This document shows positions 11,563 to 23,511 of a stretch of 40,189 nucleotides of DNA, one piece after another. This DNA comes from Vitrella brassicaformis CCMP3155 (Eukaryota > Protista > Chromerida): positions 1 to 40,189 of the forward strand of contig CDMY01000628.1 in the NCBI GenBank assembly GCA_001179505.1, read 5' to 3'. Position numbers and translations under genes: made by a program. The notes beneath the pieces were generated by a model. The model was not told where the DNA came from, searched no databases, and saw only the letters and a list, made by a program, of their open reading frames with translations. The number at the start of each line of letters is the position of its first letter. The stretch's first letter is position 1.

Positions 11563-12670
11563 TCACTTCTCTATTGGTCTCCCCAGCCCCTCCTTTATCA
11601 CATCCCGATTCACCACCTCGGGCGGCACACGGATCTCGGCCGCATCCATTTTATCCCAAATGGTCTTGGCCATCGAAGGCCCAAACTGATCTAGAGGGCT
11701 CTCCCATGGAAAGATAGTCCTCCGATACCGAAGCACGGGCACCTTCTCCAAACCCAATGCAATGCGGATGGACTCTAACGATCAATGCGTGACACGTCAG
11801 ATGCATGCAAAACTGCAGTCTGTTTCGTTCCCTCACCCAATCGCCTTCGATTGACGCCAAAGTCGGGCAGAGAGTCCCTCCGTGCAGCTCTGAACTGCAC
11901 CGTGTTGTCACCAGGTGTGAGGTAGAACTCCTGACACACACATGTGAACACACAGATGTGGCATGTGTCAGGACCTCCCATCATGACCGGACCACGTCAT
12001 CGACTGTCTTGAGCGTCTCGTCGGCAATTTCCACCCTCAGATACCTTTCCGAGCTGACCACCTGCTTGACCTGCACCTTCGGGAGCAATGCCAGGGCGGC
12101 CTTCAGTCGCCGCATCAACATGTCAGGCTCGATCTCCTCGTACATCCACGGCTCCTGATTGATGTACACACAAACACACACACCCTTGAGCCATGAATGA
12201 ATGCATCTCATCCCATTCCCGCTGCCCATGGTCACCTGAAAGAACGCAGGTCGGTCATCTTGCGATGAAACGCAGCTGCTGCTGCCATCTGGGCAGTAGG
12301 ACAGCAGGTCCTGATCAACACCAAGGCACTCACTAGAGCCGCCGAGCAGCTGTCTTTGCAGCGAAGTGCACTGCGCTGGGGCGTCGGATCTTGCAAGAGA
12401 AAGAGACGGCAGCAGGAACAACGCAAGACTTGCTGCCACAAGGGGTGCGAAAACACGGCGCGGGGCGTTGGGCGTTGGATCTTCTCGTGACGCTCGTCTG
12501 ACTAAGCTGCTGGCACTGGTGCGGGGCTGCATCAGCAGAGATCTTTCACTTAGATGCTCCTGACCACTGTGGCGATGAGTTCTGATGCCTCCTCCCACTC
12601 GGTGCTGCTGAAAGGCTGAGGTGGACGAGGCCGCAAAGGCGATGATGAAGGCATACACATGGAGCGTCAT
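11563..12670 (-). CDS. DUF1499-family protein with plastid (probably thylakoid lumen) targeting
   Basis: MTLHVYAFIIAFAASSTSA-FQQ presequence; mature part LSYCPDGSSSCVSSQDD/EPWMY..YLRVEIADETLKTVDDV/EFYLTPGDNTVQFRAARRDSLPDFGVNRRRL matches the DUF1499 pattern (CP..PNCVSSQ; f.DDvEF; rsaSR.g.sDlGvNr.R). Confidence 0.8.
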
Positions 12671-13227
12671 CGACGCTGTTGAAGCCAAATAGGTTGAAGC
12701 GCACTTTCGAACGCGTTTTGGCGCGTGCCCTGGAGCGCCGTGATCTGGAAAACAGCAGAAAGGCTGTTGGATGTGTCCCTCTGTCCTGTTAGTCAACACT
12801 GCCGCCGATCACGTCGCCGGCAGGCCAGTTACTGAGACTGATGCCATTGGATGGATACTTTATCTACTTACCGGAGTACCGTGTGCGCATCTGCATTCTG
12901 ATGAGATTGGTTGATTCCGGGAAGCTTCCACGATAAGGGAGGGAAGCTTTCGAGAGACGAGCTGTGGCTGTCTCGATATGTCTGTGTGAATTTAACAGAC
13001 TGTGATCATGAAGGGCTGGCTGCGATAGTCCGTCGGTTCTACTGAATGAGTCGCAGCATCCATGCAGCTTGCTACGATCATGGTGGACGGATGCAGTCAT
13101 GCAGACGTGCATGCCACAACACACAGCTACTCGCACAGACAAACTACCACGTCTCTACAGGAAACACACACCGAGAAGGGAGCCGTGCGACGGCAACACA
13201 GAGAGCAATCAATCAGATCAGATCTGA

Positions 13228-16200
13228 TTAGAACAACGAGCAGTTCCAGCCATATCCCCCCCCATTGATGGATGCCTCCGGCTGGCACACACACCGCCCG
13301 CTTGCAAAGTTGCAGTAGCTCCCGCCAGCCGTGTCGCTCCACCCGCAGTCCGTCACAGTTGCCTGGGCCGTTCCAGCAAAGTCCTGTCCTACGTCAGAGC
13401 ACTCGTGATACGTGCAGGCCCGGCTGCCACTGCCACCGGGCGGCAGGTCAGAGCACAAACACTCGCCAGTCAGGGGGTCGCACCGTGACCTGCGGGCTAG
13501 GCCACACCCAAAGGCATCGACCGTCCCCGCCTCGATGCTGTACCCGCGTACCGGGACCACCCCAGTTTCCATCTGGAACTGTTGCCTCCTGCCGTGTACG
13601 CACACGGCGTGGTTGCAGCCGCTGCCGTACCAGCCGAGATCGCACACACACTCGGCAATCGTGTCGACGTTGATGTCGCAGCGGCCGTGAAGGGCGCACT
13701 CGGTCGCCGGGATGCCGTATGCGGTCACCTCAGCCGCAGGGCAGGACGTGTACTGACATGTTTCGCCGAAGTGGGGGTACTCACACATGCACACGCCGGT
13801 GGTGGTGTTGCACGTGCCGGCCTCGTTGCATACGCGGCCGTTGTGGATGGGGCAGGCCAGCTCCTCACAAGCAAAGCCGCCGAATCGCCCAGAACACGTA
13901 CATGTGCCAGTGGCCGTGTTGCAGGTGCCGCCGTTTTGGCATGCCGGCACGCATTGTGTCTCGCCGCAGTTGCCGCCTGTGTAGGGGTGGGCGCAGACGC
14001 ATGTCTGCGTGAGGGGATGGCACTCGCCGCGGCCGCCACAGACGAGGCTGTTGTATGTGGGGCAGTCTGCGGTGCCGAGCAGCCGCTTCGTGCCGATGGC
14101 GATGGTTGTTCGCGCGGATGCATATGCCAGGCCGTCATCGGATGTTATGGACGCCTCGATGACGTATCGGTCCTCCTTGAAATTGTCGATCGTCACCTGA
14201 GAGAGACACACACGGGCCCATGACGAGAGACGCATGCAGATACGTGTGGTGTCTGGCTTACCGAGTCAAGAGCAGCGTTGACGTGATTGAGTTTGCCCCT
14301 CAGGGACACATAATTGATGCTTTGGCCACTCCTAGGGAAGACATCAAGTCCCTCCACATTGGACACGGTCAGCCTGGCGTCTCTGCCCTCCACCACTCTC
14401 ACCACACCACCAGCATCCCTGTTGGCCTCTAGATTGCCCCCGAATGCGAAAGACACCGTGTACTGCGTTGTGGTCTGGGTGATGGGGATGGTCATAATGT
14501 ATCGAGGTCCCAAAAGATCATCGTCGACGTGGGACGTGAAGAGGTACGGACCATGGGAGATAAAGCTGTACAGCTCGTGGAAAGTCCCTGCATACACAGA
14601 GAGGGACTGTGTAACGAGGCATTATGTAAGTGGGTGTGTGCCATTATGCGCTATGTATGTACCAGTGCCAGGAGGGGAGTCTGCACGATTTAGAGCAAGA
14701 GTAGAGGATTTGGGTGTGGGGTCGGTTACATCAATGACACGGATTTGCCTGTTCATCTTTTGGATGAACAAGTAAGGATAGGAAAGGGCCATCAGCCGCG
14801 GGTTCGCCAAGTTGTTGTTTATCTCTTCCACGAACTCGAGTGTACCCGGCCGCTCGATGAAGTACATGTCCAGCGAGAGACTCGCAACACAGTCATTGAC
14901 GGTGTCCCTGCAGGGACACACACATATGGATGCAACGAGAGACAGTGAGAGACACATACAGTACCCACTTACGTACCAGCATCCCTCTTTTAGCACACAC
15001 GTGCCCTTGTGGTAGTCGCCGCACGCCGTCCCGCCCGCACATGTGGTGGTGTTGTCGTACGAGAAGCAGTCGCACAGGGGGTTGTGCTGGCAGGCGCTCT
15101 TGCACTCGTCAGGACTGACGTACGTCAAGGTGCCCCCAGCGATGTCCGTCGTCCGGCTGTTGGCTGGTGCATTGGTGCAGTCTGTGTCAGGTGTGTGTCG
15201 CCATGTGATGATCTCCCCGCGGCCATCGGGCGAGATGTTTTTCACCAGAAGCTCCACAATGCGTGCGTTTGCCCTGTCGCTGACATAGAGAGTGGGCTGC
15301 GGTGCGCTGACGTATGTCGTGTCCCAGGGCCGGTTGAATCCCCTGTTGCCGGTCAGCGCTACCCCGGTGGAGCCATATTGGGTGACATAGGACAGGTCGC
15401 TCGCTCGCAACACCTGCATTCATCCATCGATAAAAACAACAGCCTCTGTCTGTCTGTGTCTGTGATTTGGTGCGCTGACTGACCACAACACGGTGATTCT
15501 CGGTGTCGGCGACAAAGACGTGGGTGGAGGAGGCAGACATACCTCTGAAAGCAGGCGAGCAAGCAAGCAAAGAACACAGACAGACGCCTGTTGCTCCCTC
15601 CCTCTCTCGCCCTTCTCTGCCGTATGTCGCTTGCTTGCGCGTCTCCTCCTCACTGTGGTCGGCTCAGCGTCGATTTGTCGGATCCTTCTAGGTTTATGCT
15701 GCCGAACGTCTGTGTGGGAGCCATGTAGAGCAAGAAGCCGCGGCTCCCATGCTCGCTGCAGGTGTGAGTGAACGCCAAATACCGAGACAAGAGAGACGAG
15801 CGAGCAGCGATGGATGGCCTCTGTGCATCGTTCTCGCTCACTGACTCACTCACGTGATGGGATGGTTTGCAAAGCGCAGCACTCGATGGGAATCCAGAAC
15901 GTACAGAATGCCGTCAGCTGACACGTGCAGATGACGGAGGTTGCAGACCCTAAGGACAGACAGACAGACAGACAAGCAGAAGAGAGACAGAGGGGGAGTC
16001 ATTGTGCGTAGTCACTCTCAAGCAACTTCTGTCTGTCTGTCTGGCTGTCTGTCTGTCTGTCTGTCTGCACCATTCATTCAGCTCACTTGGTGGGGTCGCC
16101 GCAACCTCTGTCTCCGCCGCGAAAGTATGACGTATCAAGAGTGCCTGACGCGAAGCCAAGAGGAGCAGTGTCTTGATCGTGTATCAGTCCGTCCTAAACA

Positions 16201-18725
16201 CATATACACACACACACACATACATGTGTAAGTGAGGTGTCTGCCTGAAGCTCCTTCCTGCTGCTCCGACCTGGCTGGGATTCGCTATGGGAGTGCCGCC
16301 AGGGTACACAGGCCACGATTGGCTCTTCAGGATGCTGAACTCCCACCAATCGTCAGTAGTGTTTAGCCGAGCAGCTATTAGTCGCTCCTTCTGCAAAGGA
16401 AACACAGCCATGCCCACTTGTATGTATGGCACAGACAGACGCAATCAAGGCTCGCCATGTACCAACCAGGTGAGCTGGGGCAATGAGGAAGGGATATGTG
16501 GTGTTCATTTCTTGTCTGTAGATCCCAGCAGGCTCCAGAGTCACAGTGGGAGGGACAGGATCGCTCGCAGCACTCGCTTCCCCCATCATATAGTTGGCAG
16601 GGATTGAGGCGAGGCCGGTCGGCAGCGCTGTGTAGGTCAGTATCTTGATGCCGGTATCGACATAAGTGCCTCCCCCAGCCACGCACACGCGGTAAGACGG
16701 ATTGACAAGCGCCCCTCCAGTGCTGATTGTCGCAGCAGCTGGAGTACCGGCGATTGCGTGGGGCCCCCCTCCGTTGCAGTCGGTGTCGTCTGTGATGCGG
16801 ACGGTGAGCGTGGGGGACCCCTGATAGGTACACGCCAGACTCACCGTGGCGCCCGATAGAATGAGCGTCGGGCTGACGGACGAAAGGCCAGCCACGTTGA
16901 GAGTGCCGGATAGGAGAGCCGCCTTGGATGCGGCAGGGGGCCACGCCGGGGTCGGTGAATTCACAGAAGCGGAAGCCACTGCCGGCCCACGGTAATGTGA
17001 ATGTCTGCTGAGATGAGGCGTCCAGGTTGACGTATGTCGTGACAGTCGAACATGGATCGGCAAGGGAAGTCGGCGCTGGCGGGACCATCGCTACGCGAGT
17101 GTTCTGAGGACAACGCGTAGCGGACAGACGGACATATCGGTGCAGTGTGTCTCGCTCGCCAAGTCCATGAACACATGTCGCTCACCTGCGAGAGGCCCGT
17201 GAACGTCACCGTGGACGCGTCAGCCTGATCAACCGTCCCTGTAGGTGAGGGTTGCTGACAAGACCGTTACAGTGTACCCGCTGTAATCCACAGCCGGGCC
17301 CCCCACCTGCGTCCTATAACACACCCCATACGTCCCAGTGCCGTTCATGGCCGACAGATCGATCGCCCCCGTCTGCAGGTTTGCGTCCAACAAATAATAG
17401 GTGACCCATGACAGGGAGCAGTCGGCAACCCCACTGTAGTCCTTGACGAAGGCCACTGCGTCGCCTTGCACGAGGGTGGCTCCGCCATATGCCTCAAATA
17501 TCTGTGTCTGCCCTTCGAGCACCTCCTTCGGATCGACGATGTTGGCGAGGCTGCGGACAGTGATAGTCAGGCCCGGCACTTGCACGTATTGGGGCGAATC
17601 AGGGTCTCGCTGACACACGCACGGCAGATGGTACTCAGCTTGCCCTGTGTGACGGTCGTCCCGTGTCTCCCGTCCGTCACCTTAATGCAGATGGCCTTCG
17701 TCGCCCCGCCAGCCGTGGTCAGTGTCACCTGGAATGTTGCCCATACATCCTGGCGCTTCAATGGGACAGCATTTCCCACCGTGCCCACTGCTGGACACCC
17801 TCCCCCATCGTCAATGTACACCACCAGGGTGTCATCAAGCCCCAGCCCCCCCAGAGTAATGACCCTTGTCACGCCATCCATCACAGCAGCCGGGCTGACG
17901 GCGGTCACGCCCGCAACGGTCAGAGAGAGGAAGTCCACTGGGTAGAAGGCGCCATCGGTCCCGCCTGTGGGTGCTGCGGGGCGGAAGCAGACTGAATAGC
18001 GGCCGACATTGGCGTTTGCTGCTGGAGTGATGGATATCGAGTAGGGTGCACCGGTGCCAATGTTGTGTGGGTCGCCGGGCAGAGCCCCGCCGCACACTGC
18101 GTTGCCAAATGGCGTGAAGCGGACGGCATCGGGGTTGGCGGAGGGCAGCCACGTCGGGTAAGCTGCAAAATGACCAAAATACGGCCACAGGAAACATTGG
18201 TGTGGTTTCTTCGGGGCGTCGCTCACTTGGCATGGTGAGTTCGATAGTGGTGGCGTGACCAGCCAGTATGACATCCCGGTTCATGGCTGTGGTCGGGTAG
18301 ACCACCCGCAGCTTCAGATCCTCCGTCGCCCAGCTGGTCGAGGCGTTGGTGCGATAACACAAGCCGCACTCGCCAATCTGCGTGAACTCAATGAAAGCGA
18401 CGAAGGCCGCGTCGAGTGTGGCTCGCTGGCCGGTCTCGCAGTTCGTGCTCGCAGCGACGACACCTGATCAGCAAGCAAAGGAGGACATGCTGATGTTTGT
18501 GCGCTTGTTTCTTCTCTCTCCCCTCTCCCACGCCCGCACACCTCCTGCATTTGGCCCGACGAACGACACAACGCCTCTGTCCTCCACTGTGTTGCTGAAG
18601 GTGAGGGGAACTGGGTAGGCAGAGCGTCGAAATGGATGGAGGACAGCCACACTCGGAGCCACGTCGACTGAAAACGTCGTCTGGCATAAGAAGAGGAGAA
18701 GGTAGAGTCTGACCAGCAACATCAT
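13228..18725 (-). CDS. Large secreted modular protein: signal peptide, six two-Cys Ig-like repeats, NHL-like propeller blades, PAN/Apple-like domain, six tenascin-type EGF repeats (two frame breaks near 17250 and 16950)
   Basis: Signal MMLLVRLYLLLFLCQTTFS; repeats with GxYxVC-like motifs; NHL-like HVFVADTENHRVV and LYVSDRANARIVEL; PAN-like ECKSACQHNPLCDCFSY..CVLK; EGF CGGRGEC..CVC..YTGGNC. About a dozen GT-AG introns with compatible phases; no C-terminal TM segment. Confidence 0.8.
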
Positions 18726-18988
18726 CTGCACAAAGGGTGGCTGCAGTGGCATCCTCTACGCCGTTGCAGCTGCGATCAACATGGCATGGAGGAAAGGCTG
18801 CAATCCCGATTAGCCCCTCCATTTTTGAGATCGTTACGCAGCCGTTGAACCGCGACCCTTCCGCAACTTTTGTCTGTCTTTCGTCACGATTCGACTCACG
18901 AATGTCTCATTCGTACACGCATCTAGCCCCTTGATTTAATTGCTCGCCCGACCCCCGGAACGAAACTATTCGTATGTAGGTCGCTATG

Positions 18989-21900
18989 TCACTCCTGCTC
19001 TATCTTTACGACGACAGGCACCTCGACAGGCATCACCAGACCACCATACTGCACCTCACAACCCAGATCTGGCATAGCCTGATCGGGGGATGCCTCACGA
19101 TGTGCGCTGCTAGCACCGCCAGCCATGCCGCCTCCGCCATGCCCATCCTCCCCCTCCCCGCCCTGGTTGGCCAGCATGGCATTGAAATCTAGCCCCGCCT
19201 CGGGGGCCTCTCTGTTGACGATCTCAACGCACTCGCGCAACGCTTCGAGCAGCCCCTCTCTTGTGAGGGTCTGCGGCACGACCGACCCTACATAACGGGG
19301 CTTGGCGTTCCCAATGGCCGATGATCGCTGGATTGAGTAGCGCCGGTTTTGTCTGGTCCAGTAGATGCGCGGGACGCCGCTGCTCATCTTTGGTGGCGAG
19401 GAGGCCGCGTAGAGCTGCTCTCTGAGGCTGTTGGCGAGCATGTCGACTAATGAGCGGTTGCCGTTGGAGGCTCTGGCCTCGGTCGGGCTGGGGGACCCTC
19501 GCTGGTGCTGCTGCTGCTGCTGCAGCTGCTGGTGATCCTGAGTGGCCGCTGCAGCCCCCTCCATTCCTTCTTGTGTGCCTCCGCTCTCGCTCTCATCTGC
19601 CTCCTCGTCAGGGTCCCACTTGCCAATATTGGCACTCATCACCCTGTCGAAGGCATCCATGCTTATCCGTTTGCTCTCGGGCATCTGGCCGTTTCTCGTC
19701 TGCACCGCTCGCCGCAGAGCAGCTATCAGGCCCTCCGTTGTGCGTGTGGGGAGCGGGAAAGTGGGCTCCTTGGCTGACGCCTCCTGATTGTGCTTGAGCG
19801 TGTAGCAGTCGGGCGTCCACACGATGCCAGGGGAGCACTTGTTCCTGTCGGGCGCCTTTGACAGGGGTGTGGTGCGCTTGAGGATCGTGTGAAGACGGCG
19901 GGCGACGGTAGAGAGATGGCTGCCCGCCAGATGCTGCTTCAGCTCGGGCAAGCGAACTGGGCACACAACACACACACCCAGACACAGCAGATGGACTGGG
20001 TGCCGGTCAGCTGGTGTGACTTACTCACTCACCGTCTTTGGGGTTCCTCCGGCGCTCAGCGGCCCTGAGAGTGTCGCGGTACTGGACCGCCCGCTGCAGC
20101 GCATCCTGCACGCCCTGTTCGTCTGCCGACTCGATGGCAAACGTCTTGAACGGCCCAGACTTGATTTGGACCTTGAAGGCGCCACGACCAAGAGTGATCT
20201 GCAGGCCACCAAACTCCATACTCTCGTCAGGATGTCGCATGCGGTCGGTCAACGCCTGCTCGGCCATGCGGGTGAGGGGCGAGGAGGAGGTCTCTCGTGA
20301 GGGTGAAGGGACGCTAGGGCGGGCCGATCGACGCGCGTCGACTGAGGCGTCCTCCCTGGCGACGCCGTGTTTTGCGCGCCGTTTCTTGGCGGGAGGTCCT
20401 TGCCTCACGAGCGGCGGTGGTGAGGGGAATGGGGGCGGCATGTCGGCATCACCTCCCTCGGAGGGCTCTTCCTTCTTGATGAATGCCGGCACTGCAAGTC
20501 CCTCCGTGGCACTGATGCCCTCCGCCAGGGCCTCGCCGCTGATCTGGGGGATGGTGGGGCCGCCCTCCATGGCCAAGTCCCTCGCCAGCTCGTTGCGCGC
20601 ATTGATGGCGTGCTGGCAGGCACACAGAGAGACCGAATGAAGGCAGGCACATAACATGCATCAGTGGAGCGAGCAGCCCGCGCACCTGGAGGGATGAGTG
20701 TATGGCTTTGATCGACAGCGTTGGTGGTCCGAATGTGCCGCCCGGCTGCCCCGCCAGCTGGACGCGGTAGTGCCCAGCAGGAGGGCCGGGGCGCCACGTG
20801 ATGCCGAGACGCTCATGCACCGAGGACGGGAGGGACTTGAGGAGGGCCTGCAGCAGGGCCTCGGCCTTGATCGTGCCGATCTGCGCGAAGTAGGCCCTCT
20901 GTTCATCACGGCCGCCCATATCGTCGTCCAGGTTATGCTCCTCCCTCTCTCTGTATGACGCGCGTGGCCTCCCCTTTTGACGCAGCGACTTGCTGACTCC
21001 GTGACCAAGAGGCATGGAGGACCTGCCCCTCTCCTGCTCATCGCCACCCGGCCCCCCCTCTCCCCCCGCCTCTCCCCCCGACTCATCTCGCTTCACTCGC
21101 ACTCGCGCCCTCACAGTGATGTCGCTGGCGCGCCTCTTGCGGCGGTTGGTGGGGGTCTTGAGCTGTGGGGTGGCCGCCTTCGGCTGCTGGACCGATGACG
21201 CCACATGCGGGGCCTTGCTGCCCAGCGCATCGTCGCCCACGGCGAGGCCGATGGCGGTCTGCATGCGTGTCAGGTCGATCCGTCCAGGCAAGCGCATCTC
21301 CTCCTGCAGAATGTTGCGGCAGTGGAGTGTCTCATGGAGGGCTGTGATGAGGCCGAGTGTGGTCGAGTCGGCAGGGCTGATGGTGTGGGCGTGGGTGGCC
21401 GTCGAGGAGCCGACCTTGAAGCGTCCCTCAGCGGTGTGCCATTGGATGCACTGGCCTCTCTTGGTCTTCATGCTGAGGGGGATGATCGTGAGGCACCGAT
21501 CGATGAGATCGTTGGCCAGATCCCCTTGCGCTATGGGGGACAGGGTGCGATCCAGTGGGGGCAGCGGACCTGATGATGAACACAACAGACAGCACACAGA
21601 CGGTGTTAAGGGACAGGCCCTCTCTTTCTTTCTCTCTGCGTGTCAGTTGCCTGACTCACTAGTGTGACTAGAAAATCGTGAAGGTGCGGGGAGGGGCCTT
21701 TGTTCTCGGATCTTGTCTCGATGCGCCACAGCGTTCGCGAAGGCCGCCTCCAGCGTTTCCCTCGTTATGGGACTCTCGACGAAGAAACGCATTTTGTCTG
21801 CTGCACCTGGCCCTTCTTGAACGAAGAAGTTGCACCGATTCATCTCGAAGCCCATCTGGAAGGCTCCATCTGCAATGTACTCGGTCGCCTTCTTGGCCAT

Positions 21901-23511
21901 CAGCAGCTCGGCGGCCACCGAACGGGCGTCGCGACGCAACAACTCTGCAGAAAGCACACAGAGACAGCTTTATAGTACACTTAGCGCTTTCTCCGTTTGC
22001 ACTCACCGTTTGTCTGCATGGGCGCCGCTCCCTGCTTCTTCGCGTCAGCCACCTTGGCCACCACGTGCTGCTCAATCTGCCGGATGTCCACCTGGTCGGT
22101 CATGAAGTCAATGGCCTTGTCAAGCGCCTCCAGTAGCCCACGCAATGTGTCGGACTGCGGCGAGAATGCCCGCGTGGTGAGGTCGACGGCGAGTGACGAC
22201 CTGGGCCTGACGACGAAGTGTGCGGTGCTTGTGTTCCAGAAGAAGCTGCCGCCCTGCTGGCTGCTAGGTGTCTGACGGGTCTTGACGAGCGACACCAGGT
22301 GGCTGGCATAAGTGTTGAGCCGGGACAGCACCAGCTCCTCGTCTAATGACGCGGGAAACACCACTGAACCCCCACAAACACAGCCAGCAACACAGACACA
22401 CACATCCAGGGCCAGCCATGGAGGGCGTCCATGTGTGAACTTTTCAGGCTTTTTGGCATACATGATTCGTCCACTTCCACGGCCGCTTTCGACGGTCGCC
22501 GCCCAGCGCCCCCGCCCCCTCCCTCGGCCAATGCGGGCGGCACCAAACCTTCCGGCACATGAGGGAGGATATCTCTGACATGTGTGATGTCTATCTGGGC
22601 ATCCGTGTATCCCGCATCAGCAGCCAGACGATTGCGGGCCTCCAGCGCCTCCAGGAAGGCCGTGACGCAGCCAGCGACGCTCCTCTGCCGGACGGGAATG
22701 TTCCGCTCCTCGCCTGAGGGCAGCCTGGCCTTGAAGCCGCCGTAGGAGCCGCATTGTGACAACCATGACACGTGCAGGCCGACCTTGTTCTTGCCGAAGT
22801 TGATGCCTCGTACAGCGGGGATGGGGTCGAACGGGGGGGCAGAGAGTGCCTTGTCGACGGGAGGGAAGTCCGCGGGGTCGACGCCCTTGTCTCGCTTGGA
22901 CGTGACGGCCTCACGGTGCCTGAGGGCCTCGCGGAACGCCTCAGACACCCCGCGCTCGGTGTGCTCAGCAGGGGTGAAGAGGGTGATACCATCCTTGCCG
23001 TTGTTGAATGAGAACCGCCTGCATCCGAGAGAAAGAGAGAGAGAGAGAGACAGAGGGGCAGACAGACAAGCCCCATCCACCAGTGTCTGTGCCAGCAGCA
23101 TGGATATCTATGATAGATGGGTGGATGGCTCACCGCCGCTGAGGACACCATGCGATATACACTCCCCCGTCGCTGAGACTCATTGACGCTCTCTTGGCAT
23201 CGATCAGACGCTGCGCCAACTGCGTCTCATCGATGGCACTCAAAGAGGCGCTCACACGGCCATTGGCCGATGCAGCGGCAGCAGCAGCATCGCAGTCGTC
23301 TGTGAATGGCGGTGTGTGGTGCCCCTCGAGGTATGTCTGCGCCATCCCCATCCCGCCCAGCCGCTGGGCCATGGTGAGACCCTCTTCCTGATCCTCATCA
23401 TCCATGTCATCTGCAGCAAAAGGATTCGTTCACACATACGTACACACGGATAGATGGCTGGCTGGCTGGTAACAGCAGCCCCCTCAGTGCACTCGCGTCA
23501 CCTTGGTGCAT
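18989..23511 (-). CDS. Large nuclear-type protein with nine divergent AP2-like modules (start uncertain, may extend to about 23750)
   Basis: Six internal introns give phase-compatible junctions (..CPQR/RRFSF.., ..DES/LVFPAS.., ..QTN/ELLRR.., ..SHT/SPLPP.., ..SSLQ/HAINAR.., ..PKD/VRLPE..) ending VKIEQE*. Nine repeats of about 55 aa share G-hydrophobic-xW..f.v...f..t..gl.eAl..A...Rn. Basic NLS-like (PPAKKRRAKH, RRKRR) and SUMO-consensus (IKAE, IKKE, VKIE) motifs sit in the linkers. Confidence 0.75.

Noticed and set aside
13272-14223. Plus-strand ORFs opposite the EGF exon
   Set aside because: Antisense shadows of a GC-rich Cys-rich exon; no independent coding signal.
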